Assembly: GCA_002787635.1 (NCBI GenBank)
Contig: PCXK01000010.1
Location: 11,131 to 75,130, forward strand
Reading direction: 5' to 3'
Source: Alphaproteobacteria bacterium CG11_big_fil_rev_8_21_14_0_20_39_49
GTDB lineage: Bacteria; Pseudomonadota; Alphaproteobacteria; Rickettsiales; UBA6187
DNA: 64,000 bases
A program made the position numbers and the translations under genes. Positions 37,614 to 46,581 of the stretch are shown piece after piece (within the stretch, counting starts at the first letter, position 1; each line of letters starts with the position of its first letter). The notes beneath the pieces were generated by a model. It did no database searches and had not been told where the DNA came from. It saw nothing but the letters and a program-made list of their open reading frames with translations.

Positions 37614-37821
37614 CTATAGAAGGTTCTGCAAAAGTCAAAAAAACTACTCTCCCCTTGAGGGAGAGTTAAAAACACGAAAGTGTTTTTGTGAGGGGTAAAA
37701 ACTCGCAAGTGTTTTTATACCTGCATGTATCACCCCCTCCCCAACCCTCCCCCGTACACGGGAAAGGGAACAAAAAGAACTCAATTTTCAACCTTACAAC
37801 CTTTTGCAGAGGCTTCTATAG
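37614..37821. mobile_element. family B ~200-bp multi-hairpin element with 21-nt TIRs
   Basis: ctatagaaggttctgcaaaag (37614-37634) versus cttttgcagaggcttctatag (37801-37821). Internal hairpins ctctcccc-ttga-gggagag, aaacac-gaaa-gtgttt, ccctcccccg-tacac-gggaaaggg. Confidence 0.85.
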
Positions 37822-37873
37822 TATATTATGTCATTCTGCGAATTTGTTTAGTAAAAAAAATTATAACGGAATC

Positions 37874-38668
37874 CTATTTCTCCCGACCTTTCCTCATAGC
37901 AAAAAATACGATTATAATTCCCGTAATCATCATAGGGAATGATAACGCCTGCCCCGTAGTTATCTGCATGAATAAAAATCCGATATGCTCATCAGGCTCA
38001 CGGTAATTCTCAACGATTATCCTAGCTGCTGCGTATCCTGATACAAATATTCCCGCCAAAACTCCGGGGAACTGTTTTAACTTTGTGTAGTTTGCTATAA
38101 CAAACAATATAATGAATAATAGCAATCCTTCTAAGAAGGCTTCATAAAGCTGGCTTGGGTGTCTTGGCTGATTGCCGCCTGTCGGGAACGCCATAGCCCA
38201 CGGAACATCGGTCACACGCCCATATAGCTCCCCGTTTATAAAATTTGCTATCCTTCCGAAGAACAGCCCTATAGGTGCGGCACAGGCAAGCAGGTCAAAC
38301 AGCACCCATACATTAACTTTCTTCTTCTTGCAAAATATTATTGTTGCGATAGCCACCCCTAAAAAGCCACCGTGAAAAGACATTCCCCCTGACCATATTT
38401 TCAGAGCCTCTCCGATATGCGAAATATAATATTCAAAATTGTAGAACAGCACATAACCCGAACGACCGCCCAGAATTATACCGATAATTGCCCAAACCAT
38501 AAAATCATCGAATACTTTAAGATTCTGTTGCACAGGCGGTTTTTTGTTAAGCCTGTCGGCATATATAGCACCGATAACGATTCCTGCCACATATGCTAAA
38601 GAGTACCACCTGATAGCAAATGAGCCTATTTCTATTAGAACCGGATCGATATGTGGATATTCTATCAC
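37874..38668 (-). CDS. lgt: prolipoprotein diacylglyceryl transferase
   Basis: IRWYSLAYVAG..GGRSGYVLFYN..GGMSFHGGFLG..GRIANFINGELYGR. Confidence 0.94.
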   Translation of the reverse strand: MIEYPHIDPVLIEIGSFAIRWYSLAYVAGIVIGAIYADRLNKKPPVQQNLKVFDDFMVWAIIGIILGGRSGYVLFYNFEYYISHIGEALKIWSGGMSFHGGFLGVAIATIIFCKKKKVNVWVLFDLLACAAPIGLFFGRIANFINGELYGRVTDVPWAMAFPTGGNQPRHPSQLYEAFLEGLLLFIILFVIANYTKLKQFPGVLAGIFVSGYAAARIIVENYREPDEHIGFLFMQITTGQALSFPMMITGIIIVFFAMRKGREK

Positions 38669-38742
38669 TTTATTATTTATTAAGATTGTTTTTTATGTTT
38701 ATATAAGCTGAAAACTCATAACTATAAAGAGTAATAAAGGAA

Positions 38743-39009
38743 ATGGATAAAGAAAACAAATTTTTTGAAGATTTTACAAAACTTGCAGGCTCCGCAATGG
38801 ATACGGCGTTCAACTCATTTGCCGACATGAAGTCACAATTTGACCATGCGGTGCATGAAAAGGTAGACGAGCTACTTAAAAAACACGACCTTGTGACCCG
38901 TGAAGAATTTGAAGTAGTAAGTCAAATGGCACAAAAAGCTCGCCTTGAACAGGAAAAATTATCAAAAAAAATTATTGCTCTTGAAAAAAAACTAAAAGGA
39001 AACAAATGA
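38743..39009 (+). CDS. ubiK: UbiK/YqiC-family accessory factor (coiled-coil)
   Basis: 88 aa, FFEDFTKLAGSAMDTA..LVTREEFEVVSQMAQKARLEQEKLSKKI. 4-nt overlap with proC. Confidence 0.7.
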   Translation: MDKENKFFEDFTKLAGSAMDTAFNSFADMKSQFDHAVHEKVDELLKKHDLVTREEFEVVSQMAQKARLEQEKLSKKIIALEKKLKGNK

Positions 39010-39809
39010 TAAGTCAGAACATAATACTTGTAGGCTGCGGAAAAATGGGAAGTGCCTTATTTGGCGGACTGCTTCCTAATCTGGAATCAAAATCTCAGGC
39101 TCTGGTAATTTCACCGAGCGGCAAAGGCTCCGATTTCGGTGTAAATCTGGTAAATAGCCCTTCACAAATACCGCAGGATTTTAAGCCTGAAATAATTTTA
39201 TTAGCCGTAAAGCCTCAGATTATCGGCAATGTTTTAGAAGAATATAAAAAATATACCGACGGCAACACTTTGTTCATATCCGTTGCGGCAGGCAAGACAA
39301 TAAAGTTCTTCGAAGATAAATTAGGAAAACAAACTCCCATAGTAAGGGCAATGCCTAACCTGCCTTCACTTATAAAACTCGGTGCTACTACAATATGTGC
39401 CAACGATATTGTAACCGAAACTCAAAAATCTATTACAACCGGCTTGTTCGAATCGGTGGGCATGGCTATATGGCTTGATAGCGAATCACAAATGGACGCT
39501 GCCACAGGTCTTGCCGGAAGTGGTCCTGCTTACGTATTTCATTTTATCGAATGCCTGATAGAAGCCGGAATAAAAGAAGGATTGCCACAAGACACCGCAA
39601 CCGAGCTTGCAATAAGCACCGTTTTGGGCAGTGCCGTAATGGCTAATAATTCCGACAATACGGTCATACAGTTAAAAGAACAGGTAATCAGCCCGAACGG
39701 GACCACGCAAGCAGGTATTGACGCACTTTCTAAAGACGGCTCATTACAAAAACTCATTCAAAATACCGTCTCTGCAGCTACTCGTCGTTCACAAGAATTG
39801 GCTGAATGA
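39006..39809 (+). CDS. proC: pyrroline-5-carboxylate reductase
   Basis: VGCGKMGSAL..LAVKPQ..RAMPNLP..SGSGPAYVF..ISPNGTTQAG. Confidence 0.93.
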   Translation: MISQNIILVGCGKMGSALFGGLLPNLESKSQALVISPSGKGSDFGVNLVNSPSQIPQDFKPEIILLAVKPQIIGNVLEEYKKYTDGNTLFISVAAGKTIKFFEDKLGKQTPIVRAMPNLPSLIKLGATTICANDIVTETQKSITTGLFESVGMAIWLDSESQMDAATGLAGSGPAYVFHFIECLIEAGIKEGLPQDTATELAISTVLGSAVMANNSDNTVIQLKEQVISPNGTTQAGIDALSKDGSLQKLIQNTVSAATRRSQELAE

Positions 39810-39836
39810 AAAATACTCTGACTTGTCATACTGAAC

Positions 39837-39975
39837 TATAGTGAATTCATTTACGTCATCGCCCGAGTTTTCTTTAGAAAACTATAGGGCGATCTCGGTG
39901 AGATTACCCTATAATTGCCTTTGGCAATTCGGGTAATGACGTTTTTTATGAGAAATGAATTTAGAATTCACTATA
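39837..39975. mobile_element. family D double-hairpin element with TIRs
   Basis: TIRs tatagtgaattcattt and aaatgaatttagaattcactata. Hairpins gtcatcgcccgag..tatagggcgatc and gagattaccctataattgcc-tt-tggcaattcgggtaatgac. A truncated family A half-site (gtcatactgaac) abuts it at 39825. Confidence 0.7.
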
Positions 39976-40009
39976 TATCACACTCCCGAATAAGAAATAC
40001 GGATTCGGA

Positions 40010-40492
40010 TTACCTTGTATAATAATAATTATTATAGTTCTCTACGGCTTTTTGTGCGTCCTGAAAATCAGAAAGGGCAGGATTTGTAAAGTCTGAACGG
40101 TTAGTTATAGCACCTATGAAATTCGCCGACATAGCACAGCCGATTCCTCTTTGACATTGCTTTGTAAGCAGCCTGCTATATTTTAAAGATACCGTACTTT
40201 CCCTGTTAGGTGTAACTTTCATACTGTACGGCACTGAGAAGTTGTTTAATATCTTCTCCGCACCAATACATAAGGAATCACCGTCTACACAATATAAAAC
40301 AGCCTCACCGGGTCTATCATCTAACACCCACTCAAACATTGAATCCAAAGAATCCCTACCCGTAATAGCGAACGTCACGTCCTCAACATTACTTGTTAAC
40401 AGCGTTTCAGGCTTAACCTGAGCCGCCTGTTCATTAGGACGAACACAAGATGAAACAAATAAAACACAGGATAGTAACAAAAATAAACGCAT
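40010..40492 (-). CDS. cpaD: probable CpaD-like pilus-assembly lipoprotein
   Basis: Trimmed to the ATG at 40492. Lipobox LFVSSC. C-terminal ..GIGCAMSANFIGAITNRSDFTNP resembles the conserved GCA..NL.....P.DL motif I recall for CpaD. Directly downstream of cpaC. Confidence 0.5.
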   Translation of the reverse strand: MRLFLLLSCVLFVSSCVRPNEQAAQVKPETLLTSNVEDVTFAITGRDSLDSMFEWVLDDRPGEAVLYCVDGDSLCIGAEKILNNFSVPYSMKVTPNRESTVSLKYSRLLTKQCQRGIGCAMSANFIGAITNRSDFTNPALSDFQDAQKAVENYNNYYYTR

Positions 40493-40502
40493 ATAAAAAA
40501 AC

Positions 40503-41738
40503 CTAATCAATTAAATATCCGACTCCGCCTTCCAGCCCTACATTCCGCCCTGTATTTTTCGGAGCACCTATACTGCCTAAGAAGAATGTTTCCATATTAG
40601 ACCTATGTGTAAAATTATCGGTCGGAAGACGAATATCGTTACCTCTTACAGGGTCGGTAAGATAAGGTGTAACCGCAATTACCAGCTCTGTTTCGTTACG
40701 CTGAAAATCAACACTCCTGAATAATGTACTCAATATAGGAATATCACCCACCCCCGGAACCTTATGTATATGTGATTTACTGCTGTCCTCAATAAGTCCA
40801 GCTATCATAAAACTTTCACCAGATGCCATTTCAACGGTCGTATTCGCCCTTCTTGTTGAAATGGAAGGCACGGATATTGAATTTACACTCACAACTTTCG
40901 GGTCAACTTCAGAAACCTCAGATGCAACGCTAAGCCTTATACGGTTTTCAGACAGCACTACCGGAGTAAATTCCACGCTTACACCCACAGGCTTATAGTC
41001 AACCGACATAACATTACCCGCCTGAATCACAGGAACGGGTATTTCACCGCCCGCCAGAAAATCGGCCGTCTCACCCGATATTGCTATCAAAGTAGGCTCG
41101 GCAAGGACTTTAAACACCCCTTCCCTTTCTAAAGCACCAAGTACGGCAGAACCTGAAGTTATAACACCATGCAAGCCAAGCCCAAGTTTCTTCAAAACAT
41201 CACGGCGAATTTCGCCCACTCTAACCCTAAGCATTACCTGCTGTCCGCTTCTTAGACCCATAAGATTCAGCACATTATTTTCATCACCGACATATTCTCT
41301 AACTACATTAACTATCTGTGCGGCAGTCTGAGCGTCACTGACCGTTCCTTTTAACGCAACACTGCCGTTAACCGTGGCAACCCCTACTTTTTGTTCCGGG
41401 AAAAGGCTGCTTAACGTACGCTTTATAGAAAGCAGGTCTTGAGTAACGGTTACATTCACCTGCCTTACGATACGCTTACCGTTCATGAACCTGATATTTG
41501 TATGTCCCAGCCCATGCCCTATTACGGAAACCTTTTTAGGTGCGTGCTTAACTACTCCGGCAACCTCCCTGTCGGCTATCAGCACATGGCTCATTGCACC
41601 TGGCAAATCTATTATTTCCGCCCCATTCTTGCCTATAGTAAGGTTTATAACATCACCTGCAACAGCAATATTTGCAAGTGAAAGTAGCATAGCTGAACAA
41701 AAACCGACTTTTAACAATAAACTTCTGATAAAAAACAT
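40503..41738 (-). CDS. cpaC: Tad/Flp pilus secretin CpaC/RcpA
   Basis: Signal peptide. N-terminal pilus-formation domain (INLTIGKNGAEIIDLPGAMSHVLIADREVAGV). BON-like region. Secretin domain (KVLAEPTLIAISGETADFLAGGEIPVP..VPGVGDIPILSTLFRS..ELVIAVTPYL). Confidence 0.88.
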   Translation of the reverse strand: MFFIRSLLLKVGFCSAMLLSLANIAVAGDVINLTIGKNGAEIIDLPGAMSHVLIADREVAGVVKHAPKKVSVIGHGLGHTNIRFMNGKRIVRQVNVTVTQDLLSIKRTLSSLFPEQKVGVATVNGSVALKGTVSDAQTAAQIVNVVREYVGDENNVLNLMGLRSGQQVMLRVRVGEIRRDVLKKLGLGLHGVITSGSAVLGALEREGVFKVLAEPTLIAISGETADFLAGGEIPVPVIQAGNVMSVDYKPVGVSVEFTPVVLSENRIRLSVASEVSEVDPKVVSVNSISVPSISTRRANTTVEMASGESFMIAGLIEDSSKSHIHKVPGVGDIPILSTLFRSVDFQRNETELVIAVTPYLTDPVRGNDIRLPTDNFTHRSNMETFFLGSIGAPKNTGRNVGLEGGVGYLID

Positions 41739-42060
41739 TAAAACCACCTAAAACACTTTTAAAAAGCTTCAAAAAATGAAGCCGCACGTAGAAAATGCAC
41801 TGCATTAATATAATTTATAGTTCATATAGGAAGGTCAAGTCAATATAATTTAATTATCTACAATTTAATTTTACATATTGATTTATAATAAAAACATTAT
41901 CGGCGGTATAATAAATTTTACGTAAAAAACATGCTGACAGACATTAATAAAAGTTAAAGTGCGAGTATGTTCTTTATAGTCGTTCGTCTATTATAGCCCT
42001 TTGCGATAAAGGATTTACAACATTATCGGGAAGTACCTTGATAATTTTATTATATTAATA

Positions 42061-42086
42061 TCATTCCCGATGTTACGTCGGGAATC
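42061..42086. repeat. solo hairpin TCATTCCCGA-tgttac-GTCGGGAATC
   Basis: Perfect 8-9 bp stem with the same GTCAT-type left end (atcattccc) as the other families. Confidence 0.5.
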
Positions 42087-42300
42087 TTCTTGTAACTATA
42101 TAATATCCCCTTATAATCTCTTAAACGATATTCGGGTTAATAAATGAATTTTTCTAAAACCGGACATATTCAAACATATTTCGGACGTTTTGATAAATAG
42201 TCTTGTTAATCTTAATAATTACGATAGTGACAACCGGCAAAAAATTCCCTATATTCTTGCCTTGTTTTAAAATTACTAAAAAGTAAGAAAGGCAATCGAT

Positions 42301-43590
42301 ATGTCTAAGATGAATTTGAACGTCGGTATAGCAGGTCTGGGTACTGTAGGTGTAGGTGTTGTAAAGATATTGCAAAGCCGGTCTGAGTTATTGGAACAAC
42401 GTACTGGTAAAAAAATAAATATAGTTGCGGTTTCCGCCCGCAGCCAAAAAGATAGAGGGATAAATCTTGACGGTATCAAATGGTATGATAACGCAAGTGA
42501 TATCGCAGATGATGAAAACGTAGATACCGTTGTTGAGCTTATAGGCGGTGATGAAGGCATAGCTTATGACCTGTGTCTCAAAGCAATTAAAAACGGCAAA
42601 AACTTCGTAACCGCTAACAAGGCTTTAATTGCAAAACGTGGAAACGAGATAGCATTACTTGCTGAGGAAAATAATGTCTATGTAGCGTTTGAAGCTGCTG
42701 TTGCAGGCGGCATACCTGTCATAAAAACCTTAAAAGAAGGACTGGCAGGGAACGAGATAACTAAAATATCAGGTATTTTAAACGGTACATGCAATTACAT
42801 GCTTACGGCAATGAAAGATACGGGTCGTGATTTTGACGTTATATTAAAAGAAGCTCAGGAACTAGGATACGCAGAGGCAGATCCAAGCTTTGACGTAGGC
42901 GGTATAGATGCCGCTCATAAGCTGGTAATACTTACATCGCTGGCATTTGGAGTTCCTGTTGATTTCGATAATGTTTACATAGAGGGGATTGAGAAAATAT
43001 CACTCATAGATGTAAAATACGCTAAAGAACTGGGCTATAGGATAAAATTACTGGGGCTATGCTCTAAAAGCGATAACGGTATCAGCCAGAAAGTGTGTCC
43101 TTGCCTTGTGTTGAAAAATTATCCGGTAGCAAGTGTTGAAGGTGTTGATAACGCCGTGTTCATTGAAGGTGACGCTGTAGGGAAAATTGTCTTACAAGGG
43201 CCGGGGGCGGGTCAGGGAGCTACCGCATCGGCAGTGGTCGCAGATATAGCCGACATAGCATCGGGCAGAAAGTCATATATGTTCAATGCACCTGTTGAAA
43301 AGCTTGCTAAATCTGAATTTGTAGCTATTTTAGAGCATGTAGGAAGATATTATATAAGAGTTACCGCCGAGGATAGGTCGGGTGTCTTAGCTTCCGTATC
43401 GGATGTGTTGCGTGATGAATTGATATCGGTAGATTCTATTTTGCAAAAATCGGCAAAAGAAGGCGAACATGCACATATAATTGTCGTTACGCATAAGACT
43501 TCTGAAAAAGCGATTATAAAAGCAGTGGAAAAAATAGAAAAACAGGATAGTGTAATTAAAAAACCGAACGTTATACGTATAGAAGGATAA
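42301..43590 (+). CDS. hom: homoserine dehydrogenase
   Basis: VGIAGLGTVGVGV, NAD-binding and catalytic domains (ANKALIA.., GILNGTCNYML), C-terminal ACT domain. Confidence 0.93.
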   Translation: MSKMNLNVGIAGLGTVGVGVVKILQSRSELLEQRTGKKINIVAVSARSQKDRGINLDGIKWYDNASDIADDENVDTVVELIGGDEGIAYDLCLKAIKNGKNFVTANKALIAKRGNEIALLAEENNVYVAFEAAVAGGIPVIKTLKEGLAGNEITKISGILNGTCNYMLTAMKDTGRDFDVILKEAQELGYAEADPSFDVGGIDAAHKLVILTSLAFGVPVDFDNVYIEGIEKISLIDVKYAKELGYRIKLLGLCSKSDNGISQKVCPCLVLKNYPVASVEGVDNAVFIEGDAVGKIVLQGPGAGQGATASAVVADIADIASGRKSYMFNAPVEKLAKSEFVAILEHVGRYYIRVTAEDRSGVLASVSDVLRDELISVDSILQKSAKEGEHAHIIVVTHKTSEKAIIKAVEKIEKQDSVIKKPNVIRIEG

Positions 43591-43604
43591 ATGTTTGAAT
43601 ATAT

Positions 43605-43751
43605 GTCATGGGCGAATTTATTTTAGCATCTGTTTTTATATTATATATTTTTACGTCATTACCCGAATTTTGTGTAACAAAATTATAGGGTAATCCGCTT
43701 CAAATTGCTGGAGATTATCCTATAATTTACATACGTAAATTGGCGAAATAC
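43605..43751. repeat. composite repeat block (family A half + degenerate family D copy)
   Basis: gtcatgggcgaatttattttagcatc (43605-43630). gtcattacccgaatt..aattatagggtaatc (43655-43695). gagattatcctataattt.. (43711 onward, degenerate). Confidence 0.6.
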
Positions 43752-43884
43752 TTCATAAAAATAATTAAGTAAACTTATTATTTTTATTTCGTGTTTTCGG
43801 GGAATGACATAATTTAAGGAGTGCTAACTATTTAGGTTAGCAATGCCAAAAAGTAAGATAAACGATAAATAAAAAGGAACAAAC

Positions 43885-44901
43885 ATGGTGAGTATAATGA
43901 GACGAGAAGAAAATGATAGCGATTTGACATTAGACCGTAATTTTGCCATGGAGGCGGTGCGTGTTACCGAAGCTGCCGCTCTTGCTTCTTATAAGTGGAT
44001 GGGTTTGGGTGATGAAAAGGCCGCAGATCAGGCAGCGGTTAATGCTATGCGTAGAGCGCTTAATACTCTTTCGATAGACGGTACGGTAGTGATAGGCGAG
44101 GGCGAGCGTGATAAAGCCCCTATGCTATATATAGGTGAAAAAGTCGGAAGCGGTCAGGGTCCTGAAATAGATATCGCACTTGACCCGCTAGAGGGGACTA
44201 CCATCTGTGCTACGGGAGGGCCTAACTCATTAGCAGTTATCGCAATGGCGGAGAAAAACGGCTTTTTGCACGCACCTGACGTATATATGGATAAGATAGC
44301 CGTAGGTAGCGGATTGCCTAAACATGTTGTTGATTTGGATAATTCCGTTGAGTCAAATTTAAAAAGTCTGGCAAAAGCTAAAAAATGCGAGATATCGGAT
44401 TTGATAGTATGCATACTTGACCGTGATCGCCATGAGGAGATAATCGCTAAAACAAGGGAAGCAGGAGCCAGAGTTCGCCTTATCGGTGATGGTGATGTTG
44501 CAGGTGTTATAGCAACTGCTACCAATGATACCCAGATTGATATGTATATGGGAATAGGCGGCGCACCTGAGGGAGTTCTTGCCGCTGCGGCTCTTAGATG
44601 CGTCGGCGGGCAGATGCAGGGGCGGCTGATATTCAGTGATTCCGAACAGCGTGAAAGAGCAAAACGCATGGGCGTGAGCGACCTTAGCAGAAAATATACT
44701 ATGGAAGAGATGGCAAAGGGCAATGTAATGTTCGCAGCCACGGGAGTTACAAGCGGTTCAATGCTTGAAGGCATTCAAAGATTCAAAGGCGGTGCTTCAA
44801 CGCATTCGGTGGTTATGCGTTCTAAAACAGGAACTATACGTCATATTAAAGCACAGCACTTTTTTGACCGTAAAAAAGGCGGCGATCCTGCCGAGCATTG
44901 A
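43885..44901 (+). CDS. glpX: class II fructose-1,6-bisphosphatase
   Basis: LDRNFAMEAVRVTEAAALAS..IDIALDPLEGTT..GGAPEGVLAAAALRC. The hom-glpX pairing is typical of alphaproteobacteria. Confidence 0.92.
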   Translation: MVSIMRREENDSDLTLDRNFAMEAVRVTEAAALASYKWMGLGDEKAADQAAVNAMRRALNTLSIDGTVVIGEGERDKAPMLYIGEKVGSGQGPEIDIALDPLEGTTICATGGPNSLAVIAMAEKNGFLHAPDVYMDKIAVGSGLPKHVVDLDNSVESNLKSLAKAKKCEISDLIVCILDRDRHEEIIAKTREAGARVRLIGDGDVAGVIATATNDTQIDMYMGIGGAPEGVLAAAALRCVGGQMQGRLIFSDSEQRERAKRMGVSDLSRKYTMEEMAKGNVMFAATGVTSGSMLEGIQRFKGGASTHSVVMRSKTGTIRHIKAQHFFDRKKGGDPAEH

Positions 44902-44911
44902 GATAATGCAT

Positions 44912-44940
44912 GTCATACTATGGCTTGACCATATAGTAAC
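44912..44940. repeat. family C palindrome (inverted copy)
   Basis: gtcatactatggcttgaccatatagtaac. Confidence 0.55.
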
Positions 44941-45070
44941 TTCTTTATTAATAAATAGATTTATAGTGAATATAAACTAAACAACGACCTTCCCACAGCG
45001 GGTTATTGAAGACCTATTTAACAGGCAATAAGTAACATAACTGCTTCGAGCGGTTCAAGCAGTGTTTTGA

Positions 45071-46093
45071 TTAATGTTTTTTAGTTTTTATAAATTGACC
45101 TATCAGTTTAACAAATTTATTCATAACGAGTGAAGGAAGATAGATAGCTGCTACAATAATAATTATACTTACATATACAACTACTAATAAAGAATAGTCC
45201 ACAGAATGTTTCATCTTGTAATGGCTAATCATTTCTTCCGGACTTAAAATACGATTGTTTAAAAGTTTAATCTGCTCGTTATTGATTGTATATGAATGTA
45301 TTGTATCACCCTTTTGTGTGCCTATTACACTTATATTTCCCATCTTAACAATATCATAACTAATTCTTATAGAACCGATTTTAGGATTTAATGGTGTTCC
45401 ATAAAAATATTTATTTCTGTTGAGTTTTATGTATTTTTTTAAACGGTTATCAATTTTATTATAATTATCTCTAGTAAGATTATAAGGTGTATAATATTTT
45501 TGTATTTCAGATGTATATTCTTTTATATATTCTTTACCGAGCTTGAATGAACCTACACTAATATCTTTAGCAACAAAAGATTTAGTTTTATAGGGCAGTT
45601 TAGATGGGTTTTTATGCTTCTCAGAAAATTTAAATTTTGATGAATCTATTAAATTTTTCGACCAATCTTTATAATATGTCGTTTTTACATTCGAAGTTAT
45701 TTCTGAATTTAAATCTCTAACGTTTTTTTCATGCCATTGATACATCTCAACAGTACGTCTTAACATTAAAGCACCTTCCTTTACCCCAAATAACTTATCC
45801 TCCAATATTTCATTTGTAGAAGCTTCTCCGGAAACATGTATCAATAAACCTTCGTTGCGTTTGTCTACATACCCATATGTAACTGACAATACACTATTCA
45901 ATATACTATTAGTTATTTCGTCGAACTTTTGAGACTCATTGAAAACATCTTTTATACCAGTATAAAAAGCTAAAGATAAGAGAGCGAGGACCAATATAAG
46001 TATTAAACGTTTTGGAAAAAGTAATAAAAATAATATATTAATTATCAAATTACCCAATCTAGAATTAAATAAAGATTTTATTGTATTTCGCAT
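45071..46093 (-). CDS. TMEM43/DUF1625-family membrane protein
   Basis: N-terminal TM and C-terminal TM. The central segment LRRTVEMYQWHEKNVRD..TTYYKDWSKNLIDSSKFKFSEKHKNPSKLPYKTKSF parallels the VEMYQWVE..Y.TEW....I.S..F......HKNP block I recall from eukaryotic TMEM43. Markedly more AT-rich than its neighbours. Confidence 0.65.
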   Translation of the reverse strand: MRNTIKSLFNSRLGNLIINILFLLLFPKRLILILVLALLSLAFYTGIKDVFNESQKFDEITNSILNSVLSVTYGYVDKRNEGLLIHVSGEASTNEILEDKLFGVKEGALMLRRTVEMYQWHEKNVRDLNSEITSNVKTTYYKDWSKNLIDSSKFKFSEKHKNPSKLPYKTKSFVAKDISVGSFKLGKEYIKEYTSEIQKYYTPYNLTRDNYNKIDNRLKKYIKLNRNKYFYGTPLNPKIGSIRISYDIVKMGNISVIGTQKGDTIHSYTINNEQIKLLNNRILSPEEMISHYKMKHSVDYSLLVVVYVSIIIIVAAIYLPSLVMNKFVKLIGQFIKTKKH

Positions 46094-46216
46094 GCTTTCT
46101 TGCTTATGTTAACTTCAACACATAAAATTCATAGCCAACAGCTTCGCATGACTATCTGGTAAATATAGTTATACTAACCTATTATACCATAACAAAGGGC
46201 TTTATTGCAAAAATAG

Positions 46217-46279
46217 TACGTTGAATGGTTGAGTCGTTAGGATCAGTTTTTTTGTCATGGGCGAATTTATTTCAGCATC
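46217..46279. repeat. family A partial copy (one TIR + one half)
   Basis: tacgttgaatggttgagtcgtt.. followed by gtcatgggcgaatttatttcagcatc (46254-46279). Confidence 0.6.
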
Positions 46280-46377
46280 TACTTTTGTTATCATTGTATA
46301 ATCTATTAAGTAATTTTAGGTCTATAGATTCGCCGTTGGTGGCATTATTTGTCAAATCTTCAATATTTAGGTAAAAA

Positions 46378-46574
46378 GTATAGAAGCCTCTTCAAAAGGG
46401 TTCAAAGTTCAAATTTGAGTTCTTTTTATCCCCTCTTCCGTGCGCGGGGGAAGGGGCGACACATGCATGTATAACAAACACTTGCGAGTTTTTACCCCTC
46501 ACAAAAACACTTTGTGTTTTTAACTCTCCCTCAAGGGGAGAGTAGTTTTTTGATTTTTGCAAAGGCTTCTATAC
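46378..46574. mobile_element. family B element, full copy, inverted orientation
   Basis: gtatagaagcctcttcaaaagg .. ttttgcaaaggcttctatac. Collinear (reverse-complement) with 37614-37821. Ends 7 nt from the purH stop. Confidence 0.85.
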
Positions 46575-46581
46575 TCGTTTT

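Noticed and set aside
37688-38006. ORFs 37688..37942 and 37725..38006 (MYHPLPNPPPYTGKG..)
   Set aside because: They are translations of the family B repeat interior and of the antisense strand of lgt. The same repeat gives different frames in the other copies.
41748-42300. Flp pilin or cpaB gene upstream of cpaC
   Set aside because: By eye, no frame on the minus strand encodes a G-x4-EY Flp motif or a CpaB-like sequence. The listed ORFs (42154..42375, 42276..42560) are low-complexity and overlap the hom start region.
43819-43843. gagtgctaac-tattta-ggttagca palindrome upstream of glpX, superficially CIRCE-like
   Set aside because: It shares only the GTGCTAA half. The spacing and the second arm do not fit CIRCE, and glpX is not a heat-shock gene. 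It is probably another small hairpin repeat (compare tgctaactaaac at 54671).
44154-44774. 206-aa ORF antisense to glpX; similar cases at 5353..5823 and 4969..5346 (MCP), 33388..33846 (aroA), 29098..29565 (rpsA), 53704..54090 (ArnT-like), and 58725..59138 and others (RND)
   Set aside because: All lie opposite strongly supported genes and have the Ser/Pro/Ala-rich composition of antisense frames.
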